From Lama guanicoe (lineage: Eukaryota): 64,000 nt of DNA. Where the stretch lies: positions 1,762,485 to 1,826,484 of the forward strand of contig MU053431.1 of assembly GCA_013239625.1 (NCBI GenBank). Reading direction: 5' to 3'. Numbering within the stretch: position 1 is the stretch's first letter; every line of letters begins with the position of its first letter. The notes beneath the pieces were generated by a model. That model saw only the letters and a program-made list of their open reading frames with translations, was not told the DNA's origin and ran no database searches. Of this stretch, positions 37,511-49,789 are shown one piece after another. The position numbers and the translations under genes are program-made.

Positions 37511-40408
37511 GTTTAGGCGAGGAGGGTCGGTGCCTGGTGCAGGCAGCGGATGGAGCGTGGAGGCTGGTGGGCCAGTGGCAGTGGGGATAAGCAGAAGGGA
37601 AGGTGCAGCCAGTAAGTGCAGGAACATTCCAGAAGGGACGCAGAGCCTGTCCGTGCTCAAGTCTGAGGCTCCCCGGCTGTGCGGGGAGGAAGCCGGCTGC
37701 CCTGGGCCTGTCTCCAGGGCCTGAGTCACAGGAGGCCTGCGCAGCGCAGCCTCATTTCTGGAATTGCCTGGGCTGCCCCCAAGTTCCCGCAGGACAGGAA
37801 GGGCTAGTGAGCCTTGAGTGGAGCCGCCGTCCTGGCTCTCAAGACAGCGAGGCCTCCCCGGGCCCGTCAGCCCCCTCTGGCCCTCAGCTCAGGCTGTCAC
37901 AGCGCGCCAGGCGCCCAGGGCCCTCCGGTGGGGGAGCAGGCAGGGCGGAACCGGGCTGGGGGCCAGGAGCACGTCTGCCTCGGCCTCGCGAGGCCCCGGG
38001 GGTCGGGCCTTCAAGGTGGCCCAGCCCACCCCCGCGCTGTAGGCAGGAGACAGGCCCAGCATGAGGCGAGGACACACCCTGGTCACGTGGCAAGACCCCA
38101 GCCCGGGCTGCTCTGCTCTTCTCTCCAGTTCTAGAAACAGAGGTCAGCCCACATGGCCCGCCTCTCACGCGTGTGTGGAGAACGGCAAGCCTCGCAGACC
38201 CCGTGCCGTTCATAACACGTGCAGACCGCCCTCTCCTGCAGAGGCCCCTGCGCGGCCGGACAAGAGCGGAGGGGAGCGCCGCTGGCCGCGCTGAGGCCCG
38301 CGGTCTCGGGACAGGGGATGGATGGTCTTGAATAGATCCGGTCACTGGGGAGTGGGTTTGGGAGACGCGGGGCAGCCACCAGCGTGCCCTCTTTACTGAT
38401 TGACTTTGTCTGAGAGAGAAGGGCAGCCTGGCCCCCCTCACTGGCGGGGGCTGAGCGGGGGCGGTCGTGCAGGACCCGCCCTCTCTCTAAGGCACACTTG
38501 CCCATAAGCACAGCCATTCTGGGCGGAAGCCCCAGGAGGCCCAGCCGGAGGAGCACCAAGTGTCACTTCCCAGGCTCAGCCTAGAGCACAGGGTCCCCTC
38601 CAAACACAGGGGCTGGTCAGCTTGGGAAGAAACTAGAGCCAAACGCTGGCCGAGCGGAATGAGTCCCATCCTGCTTGGGGGCCTGGGGCACAAGGGTGGC
38701 CGCTCCCAGCCCCCTTCCCTCTCACCGGCCGCTTGGCTCTGGGGCAGCCGTAATCAGATTCGCCTAAAGCAGGCAAGGAGCTCTAAGTCTGTGTCCAGAG
38801 CCAGAGGTCCTCAGGAGCACGGGGACCACCTGCCAATGGACGGCCATTTGAAATCGGCAGGGAACAGGATATTTGCTTAGCCGCCCACACGACATGGCAA
38901 GAAAACGCTGAAAATTGTGGGGCTGGAGATTCATCTTCCAGGGGTGACAGGAACATGCGATGGGGCTGCCCCCTGCCACCCCTGGAGGTGCGGGACAGGC
39001 CCCCGGACTTCAAGCTGTGGCCGGAGGCACAGTTCTTTTCCAAGCACTTTCTGAATCGCAGTCAACACTGGCTTAGACCTCTCGATCCCAAAGCATGTGG
39101 GGTCCAGTCTTGCAAGTCTCACTCTGGGGTACGGCAGGGATTCGCACAGTTCCCTGGAAATCCACACCCAATCCGCGGCCCTGGGGCCCTTGATTAAGAC
39201 CAGGTCCCCAGGTTTACCTGGCACGGAACAGAGAACATTCTTTGATGGCTTGAATTCCGGGGCACAGGCAGAGCCTCCAGAACCCTGTGGTGAGTCGGCA
39301 CCAGTTTTAATCCTGACTCAAATCAGCACCTACATGTTAGAAAAACAGAAACAGGAGTCGGCGACCTGACCACACGGGCTCAGGTTTGGACAGTGGGATA
39401 AGCAGTGGCCAGTTCCTACCAACCCGAAGCTGCCCTGCAAGGCAGGCTTGGCCACAAGCAAGAAGGCAGCCACTGTCGCCATGTGAGGGGCAGTTGGGGT
39501 GAGAACTGGGGGCATCGCCTGCGGGCTGTGGTCTCCACGCTAGGTGACCACTCAGGGGGCTTCCTGCCCCAATTCTACGGGGCCAGAGGTGGGGCCCACG
39601 CCCGGGATCGGACTTCCGCCCCCATCCTGTGCCTGTCCTTGCCAAGGGTTTTTAAAACCCCATTTATTGTGACTGAGCAGATGTCCCACTGATTTGAAAG
39701 TTCTCATGGGCTTTTTAGCCAGAAGATACTTGGAAACACGGCAAACAGGCCTTCAGCCCATACCCTGAGGCTTCTGTGCCGCACAGATGGCTTCAGTGCA
39801 GTTCTGAGAGGGGCTGGCACGCCTGAAACATGACTCACCACCCCAGTTGCCGTGCCCAGGGCAGTTAACTAGCCCTCCACCTCCAGCTCACGCCGAGGTC
39901 AGGCCCCCCGCACTTGCCCTGTGTGCTGCCGAGGGAGGGGTCGCATCCTGTCCCTCGAGGAGGACAGAACCCCAGCACAGGTGGAGGGGCAGGCGCGTTG
40001 GGAAGGCCATTTCCCTAATCCAATTGAGGGTCTCCCAGCAGCCTGGCTGGTGCCAGGGCTGCAGCAGAGCCGGGAGCAGACAGGATGTGGCTGCGGGGAC
40101 TGGGGGGGGCTTCTGTTTCACCAAGTTCATGCTCAGACTGCGGCCTCTGTGGCTCCAGCAGGGAAGAGGCTCCCGCGTACAGGGCTGCTGGCTGCACGGG
40201 CAGTGGGGCTGTGGGCAGGGTCCTCCTGCTGAGGCTACAAGCTGCTCACCTGCCCCTCATCAGAGGACAAGAGGGGTCTGGGGAAGAATGGAGTATTCAT
40301 GATGGCCCCTGCCCCCACCTGGCTGGGGGGGTCCCCACCCCACTCCCCAACCCCCGTTCTTCCCGAGCCCAGGCCCTCTCCCCATCGGGGCAGCCCTTCC
40401 CTTCGCCG

Positions 40409-40429
40409 GATACTGTCCGTGGTGCTGAA
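40409..40429 (-). promoter_or_regulatory. RE1/NRSE (REST binding site) in intron 1
   Basis: Minus strand reads TTCAGCACCACGGACAGtatC against the consensus TTCAGCACCACGGACAGCGCC. The first 17 positions are identical and the 2-nt spacer is canonical. Confidence 0.88.
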
Positions 40430-42734
40430 CTCCAGGCGCCCTGGGGCTCGCGGCTTCTCTCCACCCTGAAAGTCCCTGGTCCGTCCTCTCCCAGAAATTC
40501 CAAGCCAGAAGAGGAGCTCGGGGACCGGGGGGGCAGAAGGGAGATCAAAAGAAGGAGAGCGAGATGGACAGACGTTCGGTCTTGGGAGATCACCAAGGAG
40601 TCGTGGACTTTGGATTAGAAGTCGTTCTCATGAATTTGCAGTCACCCAAAGTGTCCCCTCTGGGAAGCTGTGGGTGGGGCACGCACCCACCGAAGCTTCA
40701 CCGGTGAGGACAAGGTCCCCCTGCTCTCGCCCACAGTCAGCGGGTGCCCCACTCGTCTGCTGTCTGCTCGCAGAGCGGCCTCACGACACGGGAAGCGGGT
40801 GCCGGGCTGTGGTCAGACCGGATCTGGACTTTTCCCCCTGTAGAGCGAGAACAGCCACTACGTCATAGATCTGACGCAGGGATTCCATGAGGTGACAAGT
40901 GCAGAGCGCTGCCCGCAGAACGTGCTCTGCCAAGAGTCAGCTAAAGTTGCGTCAACTAGAGAGTGGAAGTTAGGGGGACTTAAAATGCCCTTTTCCGTAT
41001 TGAGCCAAGACCCAGCACTAACGCCACCTAATGGTGGGATGGGCTGCGTTGTGAGGAGCGGAGACTGTGTCCCAGGGCAGCAGGCTGGGCCCCCAGCTGC
41101 ACACAGTCCATGGAGCCCCCTCCCCGTGGTGACCTTGCAGGCACTAAGGTGACTCACGAGGTGCCTCAGAAATGCAGGCAGTTCTGGGGGAAGTTTGGGG
41201 CCCCTCCCGGAGACACACGCTGGGTGGGCTTCTCCGCACATGCTCGGGTCTGCAGTCAGGGCTGACCCACAGCCCCCGGGGTCCTCGACGCTGGTCTGTC
41301 CTCTTTCCCAGGTGCCTGTCCGCCCTGGACCACGTGTACCCTGCTGGGTGGCCGAGCTTTGAATGCTAGACCCCAGCAGCATCCAGAGGGTTGAGGTTCT
41401 CATGAGATGGGGGTGCTGGAGGACAGAGGGTCCTCCGGACGATGTCAGCCCTGGGGAATTCTGGGACCTGTCACCTTGAAGGACCTTTCCTGCCTCCCAG
41501 CCCTGGTGTTCCACCTCTGAAACGAGGGTGGATGCACTGAACTCTGGTCCCAGGGCGGCAGGGTGGGGCGTGTGGCCCTCCTGTAACCGTGGGGGCAGGG
41601 ACTTGGGCACTTGTCAGAGGACGCACATGTGTTCCATTCAGGTGCTCTGGCTTCAGGAGGACGCGCCAGGAGCCTCCCAGCCCCCCAGCCTCTCCCTGAG
41701 TCGGCCTGTGCCGGCCTCAGCTAGGCTTCTCTTCAGAGGGCCGCCCTGGGCATAGAGCTGTCTCCTTGCTTCACGGACCTGCCAGCTGCTCTCTGCTTGT
41801 TCTTTTCACTAGACCATGACCTTGGCCTGCCTTTTGGTCATTCTCCATGTGTGGATGCGTTGTAACTTATAAACCAGCCCGAGGGGTGAGTGTCAGAGCC
41901 GTTACTGGAGTTCTGCTTTTTGAGCAAGTCTGCAAAGAGTGACGGCGACACTCAGGGGCTCTGGAGTGACTCACATTGCTGCTCTGTCACCAGTAGTGGC
42001 CAGGAGGGAGGGGGCTTTTCAGCTGGGGGTTAGAGGGAGGTGGCCCCTAAGGCCTGGGCCTGGCTGGGGTTGGTGGTCTTCTGGGGGCCCTGGCCAGCGG
42101 GGCTGTCCCAGTGGCTCCACAGGGGAGAGTTTGGACAGGAAGCCCCTCCTCTCCGCTACCCCCGCCCCCGGAAGCCTCTGGAGCTACTGTATAAGCCTCT
42201 GGGTTTTGCGAACACCCTGAGCGGTGTTTTGATATTTTGCACCTTCCCACTCACCGGGGGCTGATTGTTGAGCCGAGATGCTCAGCGAGCCCGGGGGCCG
42301 TCTCTTCTCTTAAACACAATGGGATCAATTAGAGAGACAGGCCAGTACAAAACAAGCGATCGCTCCTCAGAGGAAGGGTAGATGGGACGACAGCCGTGAA
42401 GGAAGGAGGCGGCAGAGCGTTATCCAGGCATGAGGACCCCCACCCCCGGCTGCGGGCCGGGGCTGGGCCAGCTGTGTGCATCCCACTGGCACCCGCACCT
42501 GTCTGCAGACACAGTCGAGGCCAGCCCTCCCTCCCAGGCACACCTGTGTCCCTGTCCACTCTTTTTGTTGTTCAATCATTTCACTTTCTCTCCTTCGAAA
42601 CATTACAAATACTGGAGGGCAGAGACCAGGCCCTGAGTCTCCAGCAGGACTGGCCACTGGCAGTGCCCTCAGAGCACCACCCCAGCTCCCAGGCCGAAGT
42701 ACTGATCCTGTGTGCCAGCAGGCATGAACCCTTC

Positions 42735-42870
42735 TGTCAGCACCATCATCGTCCCCCTGTTAGTGATGAGAACGCTGAGGCCAACAGGCCCCTCTGGAAC
42801 TGCCTGAGGGCACAGCTGGTCAGCAGACAGGCCAGGGCTCCCGTCTGTGTGAAGCCAAAGTCCCCAGCCC
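42735..42870 (-). mobile_element. MIR
   Basis: gatgagaacgctgaggc...actgcctgagggcacagctggt...gccaaagtcc. Confidence 0.65.
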
Positions 42871-43554
42871 CCAGGCGCTAAAAGCCCCAGGTTCCTCAAC
42901 CCACAGACACCCTCACCCCCAGGTTCCCCAACCCCAGGCATCCTGGAACTTCCTGGTGGTCCTACCCATCTCAGAAGTTTTCAGCTCAGGTCAGGGAGAG
43001 GGAGGGAGGCAGGGAGGCATCTAAACATGTCACCTGGCCCTCAGAAGACCTATCCTCCCCCAGGCAGGCTGCCTGGTACGGTCAGACCTTGCTGAGTGGT
43101 CAGTCCAGACAGAGATGGAGCATGCCTGGCCACTGTCTCAGGGACAGAAAGATGGGCTCTGAGGTGAGATCTGTATCTGCCCAATGCCAGGACCTGGATT
43201 CTCGAGGCTCCAGCTCTGGGATCTGTGTCCCCCTGGGCAACCTGGGGCCCAGGGCTGGGTCCCTGCCCTCGACATCCTACAGTCTGAGTGAATGAGACAG
43301 GAGGGCCCAGGGTCATAGTTACAGGTATGTTTGGAGGGCAAGGTGGGACAGGAATTCCTCCCAGGATAGAAAGAATTTATTTTTTTCCATCAATTAGTTT
43401 TATAGCAAACATTTACAGCAATGCCTAAGCCATTTCATCTTTTAAATTCCAACATACATAGCGAAAAGCAAAAGTTCTATGATTTCTTCTAGCAGTCTTA
43501 GAGCTTTTATTTCTATGTTTTCATCTTTGCTCCATTTTTTCAGTGTGAGATCTC

Positions 43555-43900
43555 TGTGAGTTAGGGGTAAAAGTTCCAGGAACTCACTCAGATTGTCTTA
43601 AGGGGAATAAAGGAATATTTATTTTGCTCAAGAAAAACTTCAAGTCTAGAAGTGATGGCTGCAGGCATAGCTGGATCCAGGAGCTCGAATGATGTCATCA
43701 GGGAGCTGTCCTTTAGGCTGTGCTGGCTCCATTATTAAGCAGGCCCTTGGGAAAATGGCACTAATGGACACAGAAACAGTTTTCCAGCTCAGCGGCACCC
43801 TCCCCCCTTCCAAAGGTGGTTCTCTTTCCTGGGGCTGACCCTCACACGACAAACATGATTGGTGCAGGGTTGAACACGTGGCCAGCATTTGTCCAATGAG
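43555..43900 (-). mobile_element. Old MaLR LTR (MLT1J/K-like)
   Basis: aaggaatatttatt...caggcatagctggatccaggagctcgaatgatgtcatcagg. Confidence 0.65.
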
Positions 43901-46503
43901 AGCCCACTTGGTCCTTTTGGAATGTGCTCATTGGCCAGGTCTGCAAGGGGGCGGACAGTCCCGGGGAAGCACAAGGGAGGTCCTGGGAAGGGGCGGTGGG
44001 TGCTGGGCGCACAGAGACAGCAGGTCCTGAGTGTCCAGGCCCCGGGCTGTGCCGGCCGTCGCCCACCTTCTCCCGCTGGCTCAGACGCCACCCCTACCAT
44101 GTTCCGCGTTTGCCTCATCGGGAGCGATTTCTGGCCTCTCTCCTGCTCCTCTGATTTCTTCGTGCCAAACTGTTCTCATTAACGTCTTTCTGGTAGCTGG
44201 TAAGGCCGATGCCACCCCGTCCCCTACTGACCTGTCACCCTTCCTTTCCAGAAGTTTCCTGGCTAGTCTTAGATTGTTTTTTTCCACTTGAATTTTAGAG
44301 TCAGCCTGTCTGTTCACAAGTGTTCTCACCTGTAACTGGAGCAGACGCACAGAGGCAGCACAGCTAGTCCGCGTCCACGTGTCTATGTCCCAGGAGGGCC
44401 CTGGCTGCCCTCCTAACCCTTCTGTCTCTCCTGCGACGACACTTGCCGTGTCTCCTGGGGACTTTGCGCAGGGGTGGGCTCCTCCCCTGTTCCCAGAAGC
44501 AGGGGGCAGAGAGCGGAAAGAGGGCACAGGCTCCCTCCTCCGAGCTGTGAGCCTTGGCGAGAGAAGGCGGACCCCAGGAGAGGGGTGGGCCCCTGGCACC
44601 CCTACAGTCCAGATTCACTCCTCGTCTCCAGGCCAGAAGGCACAGGGTGACCAAGGGAAGTCACCCCCACTCTGGAAGCCAGTGCTGGCCCGAGCCTCTT
44701 CGGGGGGCCGTCTCCCTGCTCTGGGACCACAGGATCCAGGGCCTGGACTTCTAACTGGAGGAGCCACTGGGGGCCTCAGACCAGACCCCACAACCTGCCA
44801 GCCTGGTCCACTGCTCACGGCCCCCAGAGGTGACTGTTTTTGCTGCCTGTGCACGGCGAAGTATGGTATTTCAAATGTTTTGACATTTAAAATCTGTGTT
44901 GGAGACACTCGTTCTGTTTAAATTATATCCAGCAGTGGTGACTCACAAGGAATCAGTTTGTCTCCTGGGCCGGGGCCCGGCGTCCCCTGCACCCCTGCCC
45001 AGCCCCTGGCCCAGAGCTGCCCCTCGGCCGCGCCAGCCCCTCAGTGTCCCTCAGAAGGTGGACTCCAAGCGGGGAGTGGAGAAACCGAGGAAGGTGGGGT
45101 GGGCCCCCGTCTCTGGACCTGTAGACACAGGAGAGAAGGGTGCCTGGCAGAGATGCTCCCGGGACCCAGTAGGGTCCCAGCTGTGGAAAAGGCCCCACTC
45201 GAGGGCCCGGCGGCCCATCTCCGGAGTGTTTGTCCTCTAGTTCAGCGGAGTCTTTTTCAAAGGGAGCTGCCGGCAACCCCAGCCGCTCTCTCCCGGAGGC
45301 CTGGCGTCCTCCCAAGCGGGCTCTGGAGCGCCACAGGGCGGGCAGGATCTGCGGAGGCCTCGGCCAGCGTCCCAGAGAGAGCGGGTATGAGCTGCTGGAC
45401 AGACACCTGACCTCAGGGGGTCCAGGGAGCAAACCCACCCACCTGCCAGAACCTCCGGCCCTTCTTGGCTGCCTTGTCCTCCATGGCCGCTGCCCGTATT
45501 AGCAGGACCCAGCTGGACTGTCCTCACCCTGGTGAGACCATCACAGCTGTACCATCGAGGGGGCCTCTGCGCAGGACCCGCAGCTCTGCTCTCAGGGCTG
45601 CAGGCAAGCCCGGGGGAGGAGGCATCGCGAGGAGTCAGCGTAGGGCCCAGGGAGCCCCCAGGGCAGCACCTGAGACCTTGTAAGGAACCGCAGCTGCCAG
45701 GCCAGGCCAGCGCAGGTGTCTGCCCAGGAGCAGCCTAAAGCCTCCTCCAGTCTGAAGTTCAGAGAGTGTCAAGGGCAGCGCGGCAGGGACAGAGAAGCTC
45801 CGGGCTGCGGCAGGAAGCCTCAGGCTGTGAGCGCCTGAAAGCACAGGCCTCGGAATACGCGGTGAGGACCCACGTGCCCAGCAGACGCCGCGAGGCTGTT
45901 ATCACACGGCCTGTCCTGAGCCGCGGCGCCAGCTGGAGGAGGCCGTGGCCGCTCAGGCTGAGCACAAAGGGCCAGGCTCTGGCTCAAGTCCAGGTCCAGC
46001 CATCTCTGAGCCGGTGACTTTGGCAGGCCCCACAGTGCCCCGAGACTCAGCTTCCCTGGAGGCAGACTGCTGCCCCAGCTAGAGGTGCCAAAGGGAAGCA
46101 CTTTTCAACGCTCTGAGAGGCTGTGCCGTGAGGTGGGGCGGGGAAAGGAGCTTCCCTTTGACTCCTAACTGTCCGCGTGCGGGGTGAGGGATGCTGGCCC
46201 GGCCTGGCGGTCCTGGAGAGCAGTCAGGTGGAGCCACATCCACGTCCAGACCTGGGAACATGGAGCCCCAGCCCTTCACTGCAGCCAGGACGCCTCAAGG
46301 TCTCTCTCCACCCCATCTACAGGCTGGACCCCGCACCCAGGGGCTCCCCAAGGTGGCGGAGAGTCTGCGAACCTCCTCAGAGCTAGGGTGGGAGAGCAGG
46401 CAGAGAGTCGGTCGGGTGAGGGGCGGGCCAAACGCCACCCACACTCCAGGCCCTCGACCCCCGCTGGCAAGTGTCCGATGCGCCCTTCCCCGTCCATCTG
46501 CAG

Positions 46504-46705
46504 ATCAACACCTTCATGTCCTTCATCTTCCCCATGGTGGTCATCTCCATCTTGAACACCATCATCGCCAACAAGCTGACTGTGATGGTCCGCCAGGCGG
46601 CCGAGCAGGGCCGGGTGTGCACGGCTGCGGACCAGCACAGCAACTTCAGCATGTCCATCGAGCCCGGCAGGGCCCAGGCCCTGCGGCACGGCGTCCAGGT
46701 CTTAC
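46504..46705 (+). CDS. NTSR1: NTSR1 coding exon 2 (TM5, ICL3), 202 nt
   Basis: Acceptor ccatctgcag|ATC. Translates [36 protein letters not shown]...[15 protein letters not shown]. Donor TAC|GTACGT, phase 1. Confidence 0.97.
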
Positions 46706-46842
46706 GTACGTAACAGCTGGGCCCCACAGGGGTGGGTGGTGGCCAGGGGCCGGCAACGCAGTGAGCTCCCCACCAACAAACCAGGGAGGCTTAGAGATCC
46801 GGGTAGTGGAGCATGTCGGGGCCAAGGCCACTAGACCGCGAG

Positions 46843-48310
46843 TCCCCTCCCCACCGCCAGCCCCTGGTAACCATCGTTCTACTTCCTGAGCCTACGAATT
46901 TGACAACGCTCAGTGCCGACTGTAGGCGGAATCCCACGGTATTTGTGCTGTTTCTGACTGTTTATTCACGTGAGTAACAACGTCCTCAAGTCTCATCCAT
47001 GCGGTCGCAGGTGTCAGGATGCCCTTCCTTTTCAAGACTGAATAGCATTCCACGGTAGGGAGGGGCCGCGTTTTGTTTCTCCATCATCCGCCGGTGGACG
47101 CCTGGGCTGCGTCCACCGTGTGGCCTCTGTGCCAGGAGCTGCTGTGCTGAGGCGCTGGAGCCCGTCTGCGCTCCGGCTTTCCGTTCTTTGGGGGCATTTG
47201 CCCGGGAGTAGAGTTGCTGAATCATATGCTAATTCCATTTTTGACTTTTTGAATTAAAAAATATTTTTAAACAGCCACACAGGTTTCTGAAGTGGCTGCA
47301 CCATTTTACATTCCCACCAACAGTGCACAAGTGTTCCAGTGTTTCCATGCCTTCCCCCAAATTGCTGTTTTCTGTTCTGCTTTTGTTCTCTTGGCGGTTG
47401 CCTTCCTACTGTGTGCGAGGCGGTATCCTGCTGCAGCTTTGACTGGCCTTTCCCTGGTGATCAGCCACGCCGAGCACCTTTTCAGGTGCTTTTAGGCCAT
47501 TTGCAGATCTTCAGAGAAACGACTGCTCATTGCCCACTTTTGAACAGGGCTGTTGCTTTTTGTTGCTGCGTTTAGCGCACTGCCAACCCAGGATGCTAAC
47601 CCCTTGTCTGAGATGTGATGCGAATGTGCTGCCTTTTCAGTCTGTTAACTGTGTCCTTTAATACACGGGTTCTCATTTTCGTGCAGCCCAGATTATTTAC
47701 TTGTTCTTTCATCTGTACGTTTGGTGCACTAAGAAGTCACTTTCAAATTAAATATTGTGAAAATTTTGTGCTGTGTTTTCTTCTGAGTGTTTCATATGCT
47801 TAGCTATTATGTCTGGATCTTCGATCCATTTTGAGTTCATTTTTGCACATGGTGTGAGGTAAGGGTCCAGCTCCATTCTTTTGCTTGTCAGTGTCCGGTT
47901 TTCCTAGCACATTTGTTGAAAAGACAGCCTTCCCCAGTGAATGGCCTTGGTGTCCTGCAGGAGGTCATCTGACCATATGTGTCAGGGCGTCATTCCAGGT
48001 CCTCTGTTCTAGGCCGTTGGTCTGCATGTCTGTCCTGATGCCAGCACCGCACTGTTTTGATGACTGTAGCTTAGTGGTAGGTTTGAAGTCGGGAGGTGTG
48101 ATTCCTCCAGCTTTGTTCTTCTTTCTCAAGATGTTTTGGCTGTTCAGGGTCCCTTGAGATTCCAAGTGAATTCTCCTACTTCTGCCCAAGATGTCATCAG
48201 CATTTCAATCGATATTGCATTGAATCCGTAGATCGCTTTGGGCAGCCTTGTCATCCTAACCGGATTAAGTCTTTCAACCCATGGACACAGGACGTGTCCG
48301 TCCACCTCCC
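46843..48310 (-). mobile_element. L1 (L1MB-like) 3' portion filling NTSR1 intron 2
   Basis: cagcccctggtaaccatcgttctactt 3' UTR motif. ORF2 remnants [30 protein letters not shown] and [13 protein letters not shown]. Confidence 0.9.
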
Positions 48311-48333
48311 TGAGGCCCGTGTCTGTGTCGCAG

Positions 48334-48424
48334 GTGCCGTGGTCATCGCCTTCGTGGTCTGCTGGCTGCCTTACCACGTGCGGCGCCTTATGTTCTGCTA
48401 CATCTCGGACGAGCAGTGGACCCC
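48334..48424 (+). CDS. NTSR1: NTSR1 coding exon 3 (TM6, ECL3), 91 nt
   Basis: Acceptor gtgtcgcag|GT. Translates (R)[29 protein letters not shown](P) with the CWxP motif. Donor CCC|GTGAGT, phase 2. Confidence 0.97.
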
Positions 48425-49539
48425 GTGAGTACCGGGAGGCTGGGGCGGGGCGTGCCCCCCAGAGCAGGAGGGTGCAGGGGGGACGCTGGGAGGAGCGGCT
48501 CAGCCGCGGGTCAGGTGTCCCCCAGTGGGCCCCCAGGTGGGACTGTGACTGGGCTGGGGGCAGAAGGCGGTGGAGACACAGACTCTCAAGGAAGCTGCTG
48601 CCAGAGAACAGAAGCAGATGGTAAGACAGTCCCCGAATGAGACAGGCTTGGGGCGCCTGGAGAGTGACAAGGCAAGGATGGCTCTGCTGTGTGGGAGAAG
48701 GGACGGTGCCTGCCAGGGCTCCAAGGCCACCCTCAGCCTGGAGGAGCTGCTCAGAGGACCCCCAGGCTCCAAGAGCATCACGCCCATGCTGTGACGTGTG
48801 CCGGTGAGGCCATATGACACGTGGACACCAGCGAGGCCGGCCTGGCCAGTGGGGCCTCCCTGAGACGGCAGCCTTTCTGGATCCCACTGTGTGAGCTCTT
48901 CTGCACAGCAAGGCTGCCAGATCCAAGGGTCATGGGTTCTTCCAAGTGATGGGGAGCCCCTGGGGAGAGCAAGTCTGGGAAGGAAGAGAAGTTACAGGGT
49001 GTGGAGCACAAGTTAAAATGAAGGATTTCAGAAGCTCAGGGCAGCCTGGTGGTGAAGGGAGCTGCCTGGTGAGGGAGTGAGGTCCCTGTGGGTGGAGGCA
49101 AGCAAGCCGGGGATGAGGTGCACAGCTGCTGGGAGGTTTGGACTGGGTTCCTGCCCTGGCTATTCAGTTGAGGGCAGGCTCCAGCCTAGCCCTGCAGCCC
49201 TGGCTGGGACTCTGCACAAGGAAGGGCAGGCCAGGCGGGCTGCAGCGAGAGGTGGAGACTGCAGCAGAGTGGAGAGGCCCACCCTGCCCCAGGAGGCGGC
49301 TGCAACTCGGCTCAGCAGCTCAGCTGACTGGTGCCAGGCAGGAGTGTGGTCAGGACTTCCAGCTCCTCAAGAGAAGCCAGAACCCTGGAATTTATTAGGA
49401 AATACCCCACATCAGAAAATGTACCAGTGCCTTTGCATTATTGCCCCACACCCCCATGCCTGCAGCCGCCATCAGCCAGGGGCTGCCGCTCGCGGGCCCC
49501 GCGGCCCCGGCGGGTTCTGAGCACCCTCTCCGGCCACAG

Positions 49540-49789
49540 GTTCCTCTACGACTTCTACCACTACTTCTACATGCTGACCAATGCCCTCTTCTACGTCAGC
49601 TCCACCATCAACCCCATCCTCTACAACCTCGTCTCCGCCAGCTTCCGCCAGACCTTCCTGTCCACCCTGGCCTGCCTCTGTCCCCCGTGGGGGCGCAGGA
49701 GGAAGAGGCCGACCTTCTCGAGGAAGGCTGACAGCGTGTCCAGCAACCACACCTTCTCCAGCAACGTCACCCGGGAAGCGCTGTACTAG
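49540..49789 (+). CDS. NTSR1: NTSR1 coding exon 4 (TM7, helix 8, C-tail) to TAG stop, 250 nt
   Basis: Acceptor ccggccacag|G. Translates [32 protein letters not shown]...LACLCP...NVTREALY*, with NPxxY and the CLC palmitoylation pair. The four exons sum to 1266 nt, in frame. Confidence 0.98.

Noticed and set aside
15915-43615. Intronic AATAAA hexamers as intronic polyadenylation sites
   Set aside because: Their number is compatible with chance, some lie in repeats, and there is no supporting terminal exon.
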